From: an uncultured Pseudomonadales bacterium
GTDB lineage: Bacteria > Patescibacteriota > Microgenomatia > UBA1400 > CAYXSR01
Direction: 5' to 3'
NCBI GenBank assembly: GCA_964430265.1
Contig: CAYSEI010000002.1
Coordinates: 20,769-84,768 of the forward strand
Length of the DNA stretch: 64,000 bases
Each line of letters opens with the position of its first letter. Position 1 is the first letter of the stretch. A model generated the notes under the pieces. That model saw only the letters and a list, made by a program, of their open reading frames with translations, made no database searches and was not told the DNA's origin. A program made the translations under genes and the position numbers. Shown here piece by piece: positions 9,073 through 17,982 of the stretch.

Positions 9073-9895
9073 AAAAAAAACTAAGAAAATTGCAATTACC
9101 GGAGGAAAAGGGGGAACAGGAAAATCAACTTTTTCTGTTTTATTAGCCAACAAATTATTATCAAAAGGTAAAAAAGTTGTTTTAATAGACGCAGATATTG
9201 AATGCCCCAATGATTACTTGTTATTAGGGGTTAAACTAAAAAATTCAGTAAAAGATATTAAAGCTCAATTTCCGCAATTGAACAAAGAGCCTTGTACTAA
9301 ATGTGGTAAATGTGTTTCCCAATGTCGATCCAATGCAATATTTCAAGCTCCGGGGAAGTATCCGATTTTTATCAGGGAATTATGTTCGGGTTGTGGTTTG
9401 TGCTGGCATATTTGTCCGGAAAATGTAATTGAAGTAGAAAAGGTTGTAATCGGAAAAACTTATGTTAATAAAATAAATTCTGATTTTACTCTTGTAACCG
9501 GAAGGTCAGTAGGAGTAGTGGATGAAACCGGACCGATTGTTACCAGTGTTAGGGAATACGTAGAAAAAAATTTAGATGCAGACATTATTTTAATAGATAC
9601 TTCGGTTGGATTGCACTGCGGTGTGATTCGTGCCTTAATTAATACTGATCTTGTTTATGCTGTTACTGAACCTACTCCTTTAGGAAAGCATGATTTACAG
9701 CTTATTCTTGAGCTGATTAATAAACTTGACCTTAAAAAGAAAGTGGTTGTAAATCAGGCTGATTTAGGGGATCAAACTCTTATTGACCCATTGATAAAAA
9801 AATATCAAACAGAAATCAGTTATAAAATTCCTTACTCAAAAAAATTAGTTGGTATGTATTCTCAAGGAAAATTAGGAGATTTAAACTTTTTATGA
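9065..9895 (+). CDS. MinD-superfamily P-loop ATPase with inserted 2x[4Fe-4S] ferredoxin (COG1149)
   Basis: GGKGGTGKS, DADIECPN, CTKCGKCVSQC, CSGCGLCWHICP, TEPTPLGKHDL. Confidence 0.9.
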   Translation: MNRKKTKKIAITGGKGGTGKSTFSVLLANKLLSKGKKVVLIDADIECPNDYLLLGVKLKNSVKDIKAQFPQLNKEPCTKCGKCVSQCRSNAIFQAPGKYPIFIRELCSGCGLCWHICPENVIEVEKVVIGKTYVNKINSDFTLVTGRSVGVVDETGPIVTSVREYVEKNLDADIILIDTSVGLHCGVIRALINTDLVYAVTEPTPLGKHDLQLILELINKLDLKKKVVVNQADLGDQTLIDPLIKKYQTEISYKIPYSKKLVGMYSQGKLGDLNFL

Positions 9896-10770
9896 CAAAA
9901 AAAATAGCAGTTGCCTCTGGAAAAGGAGGAGTTGGTAAATCAATGCTAGCTTCTTCTTTGGCTTTATTACTTAGTAAGAGCAATAAAATAGTTGCTGTTG
10001 ATTGTGATGTTGATGCTCCCAATCTACATCTTTGGCTTGGGCAAAAAGAAGATTGGCAGGAAACAAAAAAAATTTCCACAAATGAAATTCCTGTAATTGA
10101 TAAAGAAAAATGTGCTTTATGCGGAAAATGTGTCTCAATTTGTGCTTTTGATAGTTTATCAATTGAAAACAAAGCTGTTAAACTGAATAAATTCTTTTGT
10201 GAGGGTTGTGGGGCTTGTGAAGCTGTGTGTCCGCAAAATGCAATTAAAATGAAAAAAATTCAAAACGCAGAAATCAGAATAAAACATGATGTTTTTGGTT
10301 TTCCTTTGGTGTCAGCCCAACTCTATCCAGGAGAAACAGGGTCAGGAAAAGTTGTTGAAGAAATAAAAGAGAAAGCAAAAAATTTTGAAAAAGAAATAAT
10401 GCTTATTGATTCTCCTGCAGGGACGGGATGCCCGGTTATAGCAGCTTTAAACGGGATAGATTTTGCAGTTTTAATAACTGAGCCAACGCCGTCAGGTCTT
10501 TCTGATCTCAGACGGGTATTACAAGTAGTCGATCATTTTAATATTCCTTTTAGAGTAGTAATCAATAAATGGGATATAAACAAACAAGTGACCAAAAAGA
10601 TTGAAAATGAATTTCAAGAAAAAATAATTGGTAAAATTTCTTATAACAAAAAATTCTTTCAAGCAATAGCCGAATTAAAACCAATAATGAAAACTAAGCT
10701 TCAGACAAAAAAGGAAATTAAATCAATATATAAAAATTTGGAGGCCTCGACCGGAATCGCACCGGTGTAA
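9892..10770 (+). CDS. MinD-superfamily P-loop ATPase with 2x[4Fe-4S] ferredoxin (COG1149), second paralog
   Basis: SGKGGVGKS, DCDVDAPN, CALCGKC, CEGCGACEAVCP, SGKVV, DSPAGTGCP, TEPTPSG; 3' end overlaps tRNA-Cys. Confidence 0.9.
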   Translation: MTKKIAVASGKGGVGKSMLASSLALLLSKSNKIVAVDCDVDAPNLHLWLGQKEDWQETKKISTNEIPVIDKEKCALCGKCVSICAFDSLSIENKAVKLNKFFCEGCGACEAVCPQNAIKMKKIQNAEIRIKHDVFGFPLVSAQLYPGETGSGKVVEEIKEKAKNFEKEIMLIDSPAGTGCPVIAALNGIDFAVLITEPTPSGLSDLRRVLQVVDHFNIPFRVVINKWDINKQVTKKIENEFQEKIIGKISYNKKFFQAIAELKPIMKTKLQTKKEIKSIYKNLEASTGIAPV

Positions 10771-10813
10771 CTGGTTTTGCAGACCAGTGCATAAACTTCT
10801 CTGCCACGAGGCC
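10739..10813 (-). tRNA. tRNA-Cys(GCA), CCA encoded
   Basis: Reverse complement folds: acceptor GGCCTCG/CGAGGCC, anticodon arm CTGGT-CTGCAAA-ACCAG, T arm ACCGG-TGCGATT-CCGGT, discriminator U, CCA. Confidence 0.95.
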
Positions 10814-10875
10814 TTTCCTGTATATTTTATCACGCTTTCTTGTCAAGGCAAAATAACTGTGTTATTATCTATTTG

Positions 10876-11838
10876 ATGAAGCTCAGAAAGATTTTTTCTA
10901 TTTTAACCCTTTTTTTATTGACTTTCCTTCTTACGGGTTGTAATTTGCCTTTTATTGGTTCCAAAAAAAAGGCGGCACTACAAGTTATGTCTGAACCCAA
11001 AGCAACAGTATTTTTAAATGGTAATCATGTTGGTCAAACTTCATATTTTGATGAAGAACTTAAGCCTGGAGAATATACCTTAAAATTAATTCCGGAAGGT
11101 CAAGAAAACAAACAGTGGCAAAAAGATGTGCAATTAACTCCGGGCGTCTTAACAGTTGCCAATTACAATTTTAAAGAAACTGAAGAACAGTCAAATGGAT
11201 ATTTACTTAGTTTGGAACCGATTTCCCAAAAAGACAAGGCTCAACTTTCTATTATTAGTATGCCTGACGGAGCAGTTGTTTCTGTAGACGGAGAACCAAA
11301 GGGCTTTACACCTTTGTCATTGGATGAAGTAAATGAAGGGGAACACGTAATTAATATTTCCACTCCGGGATATCAAGAAACAGAAATTCAAGCAAAAACA
11401 ATAGCCGGATATAAACTCATTGCTAATGTGCAACTTGGTAGAAGTTTAGAAGAAGAAGCAACGGATTCTGCAGAAACTGATGAAGAAGCAACAGCATCAG
11501 CAGAAAAAGAGGATGCTGAAGATGAAACAATAGAAGAAAGTGACACTGAAGAAGAAACAACTACGGATACAGAAGAAACAGATACAGAGGAAGATGCACA
11601 AGTTTCTGATGAAGATATGGAAAGGCCGTATGTAGAAATAAAAGAAACTTCTACAGGTTGGTTAAATTTAAGAAGTGAACCTTCAACAGCTGAAGGAGAC
11701 GAAACAGTAATTAAAAAAATAGATCCCGGAGATAAATATCCTTTTATAGAGGTTAATGATACGGGTTGGTATAAAATAGAGTATGAAGAAGGAAAAGAAG
11801 GTTGGATTTCAGGAAAATACGCTGAATTGTACCGCTAA
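10876..11838 (+). CDS. Lipoprotein with two PEGA domains, acidic linker and C-terminal SH3b domain
   Basis: Start refined to ATG 10876 (TGtTATTAT 7 nt upstream); lipobox LTGC; SEPKATVFLNG and SMPDGAVVSVDG..GFTP PEGA motifs; WLNLRSEPS..GWYKI..GWISG SH3. Confidence 0.85.
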   Translation: MKLRKIFSILTLFLLTFLLTGCNLPFIGSKKKAALQVMSEPKATVFLNGNHVGQTSYFDEELKPGEYTLKLIPEGQENKQWQKDVQLTPGVLTVANYNFKETEEQSNGYLLSLEPISQKDKAQLSIISMPDGAVVSVDGEPKGFTPLSLDEVNEGEHVINISTPGYQETEIQAKTIAGYKLIANVQLGRSLEEEATDSAETDEEATASAEKEDAEDETIEESDTEEETTTDTEETDTEEDAQVSDEDMERPYVEIKETSTGWLNLRSEPSTAEGDETVIKKIDPGDKYPFIEVNDTGWYKIEYEEGKEGWISGKYAELYR

Positions 11839-11841
11839 TAA

Positions 11842-12774
11842 TTAGCGCAGTCCGTATATAATTACAAATATAAAAAGACTCCATAAAACAACAGTTCCGA
11901 ATAAGGGTTTATCTGATATAAGAACTTCGGCTGGAGAATTACCTTCATTTTTTTGATAAATAAGCTGTAAATAGCGCATTACTCCGTATATTACTAAAGG
12001 AATTGTAATCATCATCAATTTTTCGCTGCGAAATGCTAAAGGAAGATCTCCCCAAATGTGGAGCAGCCTTCCACTAGGTTTCACCGGAGGCTGCAAAAAA
12101 GTAAATAAAGAATAAGTTAACCAAGTTGTGTTTCCAAACATAGCAATATATTGATCCAAAAGCTTTTCAGTATAGGTAAATAAGACCTTGCGGTGTTTTT
12201 CCGGTTCTTTTCCTTCAAGTAAAGTGAGTTCTGATCTTCTTTTCCCAACTGCTAAGAAAAGGGAAAAAGAAATAATACAAAGAAGTAACCATCCATTTAT
12301 ATGAGTATTAATTACTACTGCACCTGCATATACTCGTAAAATAAAACCCGAGGCTATGCTTATAACATCAAGAATCGGTACTGACTTTAAATAAACAGTA
12401 TATAAGACTTGCAGGATGAGATAAGCAAGGCAAGTAAGAAAGAAAAAAAAGTTAAGCTGTGAAGATAGGAAAAGACTGATTAAGACACCAGAAAAAGAGG
12501 CAAAAAGAGCTAAAGGAATAGGGAATTTGCCAGAAGCTATAGGTCGATGCTTTTTTAAAGGATGTTTTCTGTCCGAAGGTGCATCAACAATATCATTAAA
12601 TATATAAATAGAAGAGGTCAAAAAAGAAAATATAACAGTTGCAATAACAACAGTTAAAAATTTTTCAGGTATAAAAAGCCAACCGCTAAAAACTAATCCA
12701 GCAAATAAAGCTAGATTTTTTATCCATTGTATCGGTCTTGCTGATGTAAGGATGAGATTAAATAGTTTAACCAC
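11842..12774 (-). CDS. UbiA-family polyprenyl-phosphate phosphoribosyltransferase (DPPR synthase-like)
   Basis: RPIQWIKNL, YIFNDIVD..DRKHPLKKHRPIASG, GFILRVYAG, GKRRSEL, YGVMRY. Confidence 0.9.
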   Translation of the reverse strand: MVKLFNLILTSARPIQWIKNLALFAGLVFSGWLFIPEKFLTVVIATVIFSFLTSSIYIFNDIVDAPSDRKHPLKKHRPIASGKFPIPLALFASFSGVLISLFLSSQLNFFFFLTCLAYLILQVLYTVYLKSVPILDVISIASGFILRVYAGAVVINTHINGWLLLCIISFSLFLAVGKRRSELTLLEGKEPEKHRKVLFTYTEKLLDQYIAMFGNTTWLTYSLFTFLQPPVKPSGRLLHIWGDLPLAFRSEKLMMITIPLVIYGVMRYLQLIYQKNEGNSPAEVLISDKPLFGTVVLWSLFIFVIIYGLR

Positions 12775-13805
12775 AAAAGTATTCCTCCTAGGATAAATGT
12801 TAGTAAAATGATTGTATAAAATTTATCTCTGCTATTCAATTTGAGCGCTAAAATACCTAGTATAGCAGTAATTATCCAGTAAAAAACTGCTATTTTTCTT
12901 TTACTCCATCCAATATCAATTAATTTATGGTGTAAATGTCCACGGTCGCCCCAGACAGGAGATTTTCCTTGCGTAACTCTTCTAATGATTGAGTATACAG
13001 CATCCAACATAGGGACTCCGAGAACTAGCATTAAAGTATTTATCTTACTAGTTGAAAGTATGGAAAGTACGGCTAAGAGATATCCTGCAAGCGCACCACC
13101 CCCATATCCAGGCATAATTTTTTGGGGAAAAAAATTCCATGGTAAAAAGCCAAGAAAAGCACCAGCAGTTATAAAAGCAAAAAGAATGATTGGCCATTGG
13201 GTAATATCAGCACTATAACGCAAACTAAGAAAGCCAATGGTTAAGGCAGCAATTACTGCAATTCCGGGAAGTTGTCCGTCCAAACCTTTAGACCAATTAA
13301 CAAAATTCATGCACCAAACAATCCAGATTAAAGCTACAATATCAGAAAGTATCCAGACTGTATGCATTTTTCCAAAAAGATAAAAAGGTATTTGAGGTTG
13401 GTTTAAATGGATGATTCCATTAAAAGGGTTACTAATAAAAGCAATCCCGATACCGCCAGAGACAACAGCACCTGCAGCTAAAAAACCAGCAATTAAGCGT
13501 AAATAAGGATTTAAATCATAAAGATCATCCAAAACACCAATAATTACAATAATCAAAGCCCCTGCAAGTATTCCAATTAGATGTTTATCAATCGGAAGAA
13601 AAAAAATTACGGAAACTAGTAAAGACAGAAAAATAGGAATTCCTCCACCTCTGGGAACAGGATATTTATGGATTACTTTAGGATGATCATTTTCTTGCGG
13701 GTCATCCAACCAGTTATTTTTTTTATAAAACCAAATGGTTAACGGAGTAATAAGAAATGAAATTAAAAAAGAGACAGCCAGTGTTAAAATTAGATTGAGC
13801 TTCAT
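12720..13805 (-). CDS. WecA/TagO-like undecaprenyl-phosphate GlcNAc-1-P transferase (MraY/GT4 family)
   Basis: PVPRGGG, GVLDD, NFVNWSKGLDG, WNFFPQKI, DRGHLHHKL. Confidence 0.9.
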   Translation of the reverse strand: MKLNLILTLAVSFLISFLITPLTIWFYKKNNWLDDPQENDHPKVIHKYPVPRGGGIPIFLSLLVSVIFFLPIDKHLIGILAGALIIVIIGVLDDLYDLNPYLRLIAGFLAAGAVVSGGIGIAFISNPFNGIIHLNQPQIPFYLFGKMHTVWILSDIVALIWIVWCMNFVNWSKGLDGQLPGIAVIAALTIGFLSLRYSADITQWPIILFAFITAGAFLGFLPWNFFPQKIMPGYGGGALAGYLLAVLSILSTSKINTLMLVLGVPMLDAVYSIIRRVTQGKSPVWGDRGHLHHKLIDIGWSKRKIAVFYWIITAILGILALKLNSRDKFYTIILLTFILGGILLWLNYLISSLHQQDRYNG

Positions 13806-14215
13806 TAGAAAACAGTTAGGCTAAAAATCATAAAAACATCAATAACGATTAATAGCACTATTAAGAAATTAGTCCAAATAGTAATTTGTGATAATATTTT
13901 ATTTCTTTTAAAAAAGATTGATGCTAGTCTTAGATTAATAATTACCATGATTAAGGAAGCTATAATTACTATAAGAAAAGTCTGTTTACTTACTAATTGT
14001 TCTTCTCCCCAAGGGCGATTATAAAAAAGAGGCATTTCTGGCGGCATTTGGTTATAAAAAATTAAGGTTGCTAAAAAAGTAGCTAAGATAAAGATAAGAG
14101 AAAAAATAATTGCCAGCCGAGAATTCTTCTGTGCAAACAGAGTATTAAATTCTTGCTTAGCTTTTTCCAAGGAATTGGATTGGAAAAATTTTAGTTGTTG
14201 GATGTTTTCAGCCAT
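13805..14215 (-). CDS. Small membrane protein (DUF1648-like)
   Basis: 3 TM, MPPEMPLFYNRPWG; translationally coupled to neighbours. Confidence 0.6.
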   Translation of the reverse strand: MAENIQQLKFFQSNSLEKAKQEFNTLFAQKNSRLAIIFSLIFILATFLATLIFYNQMPPEMPLFYNRPWGEEQLVSKQTFLIVIIASLIMVIINLRLASIFFKRNKILSQITIWTNFLIVLLIVIDVFMIFSLTVF

Positions 14216-15666
14216 GGTTTTCTTTTATAAATTGTGAAATTATCAAATTCTTTGATTTGAGAATATCCAGTAAGCAGCAGTTTATCCAGTTGTTCAAACT
14301 CTCTGTGTTCTTCCGTATCAGTAATAATAAGTTTGGGCGGATTATTATTTAAATCCTGGGTAGTCTCTTTGATCCCGTTAAAATCAGTGATATGAAAGTC
14401 TGTGACATATTTACCTGGAGGCAAACGGTCGGTCAATGCATATATACAGGAAGAACTATTGCTCCAGACAAAGATGTTTTCTTTTGGATTTGTAATTGAA
14501 CGAATATATCTGGCCATTTGGTATTCTAAATGAGTTTTATTTTCAAAATAATCAAAATACTGTTGGCGATTTTTTTTGCCGACTGCAAAAGAATAAAAGT
14601 TTTTGTAATAAGGAGCAACAGGATACCACCAAAACTCATACTTAAAAACTCCCCAAGACATTAATCCTATAAAAAACAAGCCTCCAGTTATTTGTACAAG
14701 TTTGTGATTAAATAAAATCTGTGTAATTAATAAAGCAATCCAAGGTGTCACTTGGATTAAATAGTGGGGATAAGGGCGTTCAGAAAGAAAAACGCCAAAT
14801 CCGCCCATTAAAGCCATCAAAAGAATCAAATAAAATTTAAAGCCAAGTTTTTTTCTAAAGATGTAAACAGCAATTAAAGAAGCAAGTAAAATAAGTGCCC
14901 GATAATATAGTTCGCTACCACTACTAGTATCTCCGCTCCAAGAAGAGATGTAACCAATATTTTGTAAAAGAGCAGAACGAATATAAGGTTCTGCAGCTCC
15001 ATGAAACCAATAGTATATTATTGATACTAAAATGGGAGTAAAAAAACCGATTAAAAGAAGATATATTTTTTTATTTTTGAAAATGGAAAGAAATTCTTTA
15101 ATACTTTTTTTTCTATAAAGAAAAAATGCTAAGCAAAGACCGGCAAATTCAAGTGCGATTGGTGGTTTATACAAAAACGCAATACTGAAGCTTAAGCCAA
15201 CCCAAGCCCAAAGATTAGGCTTTTGCAATTTTTCTGCTTTTAAAGCCAGGTAAAGTCCCAAAGTAGCAGGCATAATCATAAACAATTCGCCATTGGAAAC
15301 CCAACCCTCAGGAAGAAATGAAAAAACAGCAAAAAGAAAAGCTGCAATCAAACCTGCTGTCTTTCTTTGCTTTTTAACTAACATTTCTCCAACCTTGTAT
15401 ACCAAATAAACGTTAATCAAATTCCAAATGAGGCCAAATGCTCGGAAATAAGTAATTTTTCCTTGAGCTAGAGCTGTAGTTAAGAATATCAATGGTGGTT
15501 TATGGTCAAATATACGTTTATAAAAAACAAAACCTTTATTAAATGCCTGACCTAGGGTAATATAAATACATTCGTCTCCGTAATATAGCGGTTCAAACAA
15601 AGAAGGAATTCTTATTAAGAAAGTAAATAAAATAATCAGAAGCAAAATAAGTTTATACTTTTTCAT
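14191..15666 (-). CDS. GT-C fold glycosyltransferase (ArnT/PMT_2-like)
   Basis: YGDECIY, FDHKPP, RPYPHY; many TMs and a C-terminal soluble domain. Confidence 0.8.
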   Translation of the reverse strand: MKKYKLILLLIILFTFLIRIPSLFEPLYYGDECIYITLGQAFNKGFVFYKRIFDHKPPLIFLTTALAQGKITYFRAFGLIWNLINVYLVYKVGEMLVKKQRKTAGLIAAFLFAVFSFLPEGWVSNGELFMIMPATLGLYLALKAEKLQKPNLWAWVGLSFSIAFLYKPPIALEFAGLCLAFFLYRKKSIKEFLSIFKNKKIYLLLIGFFTPILVSIIYYWFHGAAEPYIRSALLQNIGYISSWSGDTSSGSELYYRALILLASLIAVYIFRKKLGFKFYLILLMALMGGFGVFLSERPYPHYLIQVTPWIALLITQILFNHKLVQITGGLFFIGLMSWGVFKYEFWWYPVAPYYKNFYSFAVGKKNRQQYFDYFENKTHLEYQMARYIRSITNPKENIFVWSNSSSCIYALTDRLPPGKYVTDFHITDFNGIKETTQDLNNNPPKLIITDTEEHREFEQLDKLLLTGYSQIKEFDNFTIYKRKPWLKTSNN

Positions 15667-15673
15667 AAATTCA

Positions 15674-17161
15674 TTATACTTTTTCTGTTACTCGGTATTC
15701 AATATATTTGCCTAGCATTAATCTAGTATGGGCATCCAAGCCTGGCAAAGCTGAGAAAAAGAAACCAGCAACCGGTAATAATATTAATTCTATTGGTGTA
15801 ACAATCCAACGCCATAAAGGAATTTCTTTTTTCTTTGGACGCTGTTTTAAATCAACAAATACAATAAAAAGCATGGAAAGTAATGAAAAAGTTAAGATTG
15901 TGGAAGACACTTGGGGTAAAGTTTTTCCTAACACAGTTTGATTAAACTCTTGGTTTAAAAGGGGAGGAAGTGAAGCACCAATAGTAATTGCAAACCAATA
16001 TACGGGCCACAAAAAATGGTCCTCAATAACTCGGAGAACTTTGACTGTTTTTTTCCAAAAAGGTAAGTTTGGTACAGTTAGCCAATTTTTGATGATGTAT
16101 GCGTCATCTGCAGTTCCCCAAGCCCAGCGCTTAACTTGTTCATATTGATTAACTAAAGTTTTCCATAAAGTAGTTGATTGGGCGGCATCTTCATAAACTG
16201 GAAGGTAGATAGGATGGACTTCAAGTTCACCTTCAAGCTTAAAAAAGCTTTTAAAAAAGAGGCGGTAGTCTTCCGGTATAACATCTGTGTCCCAGTAGCC
16301 GATTTTATCAATCATTTTTAAAGAAGATGAATAGGTTGAGAAATTAATTAACCTATCTTTTCGGTAAAGCAGACCTAATTGGAATACACTAGAGTTTGCA
16401 TTAAAAACACGGGTTAAAATTGGAACTTCCCAGATATTATTATAAAAAAGAATTGCAGGCTGAAAAATCCGTCGGTATCTGTCAGGATCATCTAAAAATT
16501 TAAAGGTTAAACAAGAAAAGTAGTCTTTATGAAGAATTGCATCTGCATCTTCACTGGTTATTGTTATATAGTCTATGTTCCATCCATCTTCGTCCACTAT
16601 TTTTTTCTTAGCGATTTTTGCTGCCCAAGAAGTATTTGAAGACTTACCTTTTACCTCTCCGGGTAAATCAGGGTGAAAAGTAGTAATAAAATAGCCAAAT
16701 TTATCTTTAAATTCCTTTTTCAATTGTTCTGCTTTTTCAAAAGCATCTTTTCCCTCCCTTTTTTCAAAGGCCAAAACAACAGCAATGCGCTTATTGGGAA
16801 AACTTTGTTTAGTCAACTTACTTAAAGTTCTACGAAGAATATAGTCAGGTTCTTTATAAGTAGGTATGATAGTTATATGTAAGACTTTTTCCCAACCCGG
16901 AAAACTTTTGATTTCTCCTAACCAATCAAAATTTTGATATGCTTTAAGTTTAAAGTGTGCAAGTAAAGCACATAAAGCAATTGATATTGATCGATAAAAC
17001 CAGTAAACATCAAAAGCCAAAATATAATAAGCAACTGCAGTAGGAATAACAAAAGATCCCCAAAAGGGAAACAAGATTAATGACCAGGATACAAAACCCG
17101 GCAAGATTTCCAAAAATCTATTAACTCTTTTTTCGTTGTTTTCTACAAACTTTTTAATCAT
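15674..17161 (-). CDS. Membrane GT2 (processive-type) glycosyltransferase
   Basis: IPTYKE, KGKSSN, SEDAD, IPED, QVKRWAWG (QxxRW). Confidence 0.85.
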   Translation of the reverse strand: MIKKFVENNEKRVNRFLEILPGFVSWSLILFPFWGSFVIPTAVAYYILAFDVYWFYRSISIALCALLAHFKLKAYQNFDWLGEIKSFPGWEKVLHITIIPTYKEPDYILRRTLSKLTKQSFPNKRIAVVLAFEKREGKDAFEKAEQLKKEFKDKFGYFITTFHPDLPGEVKGKSSNTSWAAKIAKKKIVDEDGWNIDYITITSEDADAILHKDYFSCLTFKFLDDPDRYRRIFQPAILFYNNIWEVPILTRVFNANSSVFQLGLLYRKDRLINFSTYSSSLKMIDKIGYWDTDVIPEDYRLFFKSFFKLEGELEVHPIYLPVYEDAAQSTTLWKTLVNQYEQVKRWAWGTADDAYIIKNWLTVPNLPFWKKTVKVLRVIEDHFLWPVYWFAITIGASLPPLLNQEFNQTVLGKTLPQVSSTILTFSLLSMLFIVFVDLKQRPKKKEIPLWRWIVTPIELILLPVAGFFFSALPGLDAHTRLMLGKYIEYRVTEKV

Positions 17162-17963
17162 TTACTTTAAATAATTGAATAGTGTTTTTTGTTGTGATAT
17201 CTTCTACTTTAGATAAGGAAAGTCGTTTTATGTCGGCAATAGTTTGAGCCACAATTTTAACATTTTCAGGCTTATTTGGAAAGCGCTTTTCTTGACGTAT
17301 GGGTTCGGGTGTCAAATACGGAGCATCGGTTTCAATTAAAAGTTTCTCAATAGGGGTCATTGAAACGACTTCTTGCATCTGCTTACTAAATGTAACTATG
17401 CCTGTAATTCCAATATAAAAATCATTATTAAATGCCCATTTTAAAAGAGACTTTCTGCCTTGAAAACAATGGATAACTCCAAAGTGTCCAATTTCTTTTA
17501 ATGACTCCAACAGATCTACGCTTGCATCCCGGTTATGCACAATTAATGGCAGGTGGTGCTTTTTAGCCAATTCAATTTGTGCGCTAAAGAGTTTTTTTTG
17601 ATTTTGTTTGAATTTAGGGGTTATTTGATAATCATTGTATTTTGTTTTTTGGTAGCGATAATAATCTAGACCGCATTCACCAACTGCAACAGGATTGTAT
17701 TTTTTAATTAATTCAGTTAACTGATCAACTATTTTATTTAGTCCCGTACTTTCGATTAATGCAGTATGATGCGGATGTATGCCCACAGAAGCATAAATTT
17801 CCGGATATTTTTCTGCCAAAAAAACAGCTTGTTTGCTTGTTTTTAAATTTGATCCGGGAACAATAATTTTTTCAATGCCTTGCTGAACTGCACTGGTAAT
17901 AATTTTATTTCTCTGATTCTTGAAAGCTTTAAAATTAAGATGGCAGTGAGTATCAATCAACAT
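17154..17963 (-). CDS. tatD: TatD family DNase
   Basis: IDTHCHL, GIHPH, GECGLDY, VHNR, IHCF, ETDAPY. Confidence 0.95.
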   Translation of the reverse strand: MLIDTHCHLNFKAFKNQRNKIITSAVQQGIEKIIVPGSNLKTSKQAVFLAEKYPEIYASVGIHPHHTALIESTGLNKIVDQLTELIKKYNPVAVGECGLDYYRYQKTKYNDYQITPKFKQNQKKLFSAQIELAKKHHLPLIVHNRDASVDLLESLKEIGHFGVIHCFQGRKSLLKWAFNNDFYIGITGIVTFSKQMQEVVSMTPIEKLLIETDAPYLTPEPIRQEKRFPNKPENVKIVAQTIADIKRLSLSKVEDITTKNTIQLFKVND

Positions 17964-17982
17964 ATTTTTTTCATTTTAGCAT

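Noticed and set aside
7366-10770. Nitrogen fixation cluster
   Set aside because: NifX-like and MinD-type ATPase domains only; no nifH, nifD or nifK motifs.
6722-10813. Integrative element or prophage at tRNA-Cys
   Set aside because: No integrase, and I found no duplicated tRNA 3' end (att site) by eye; only the overlap and atypical gene style are supported.
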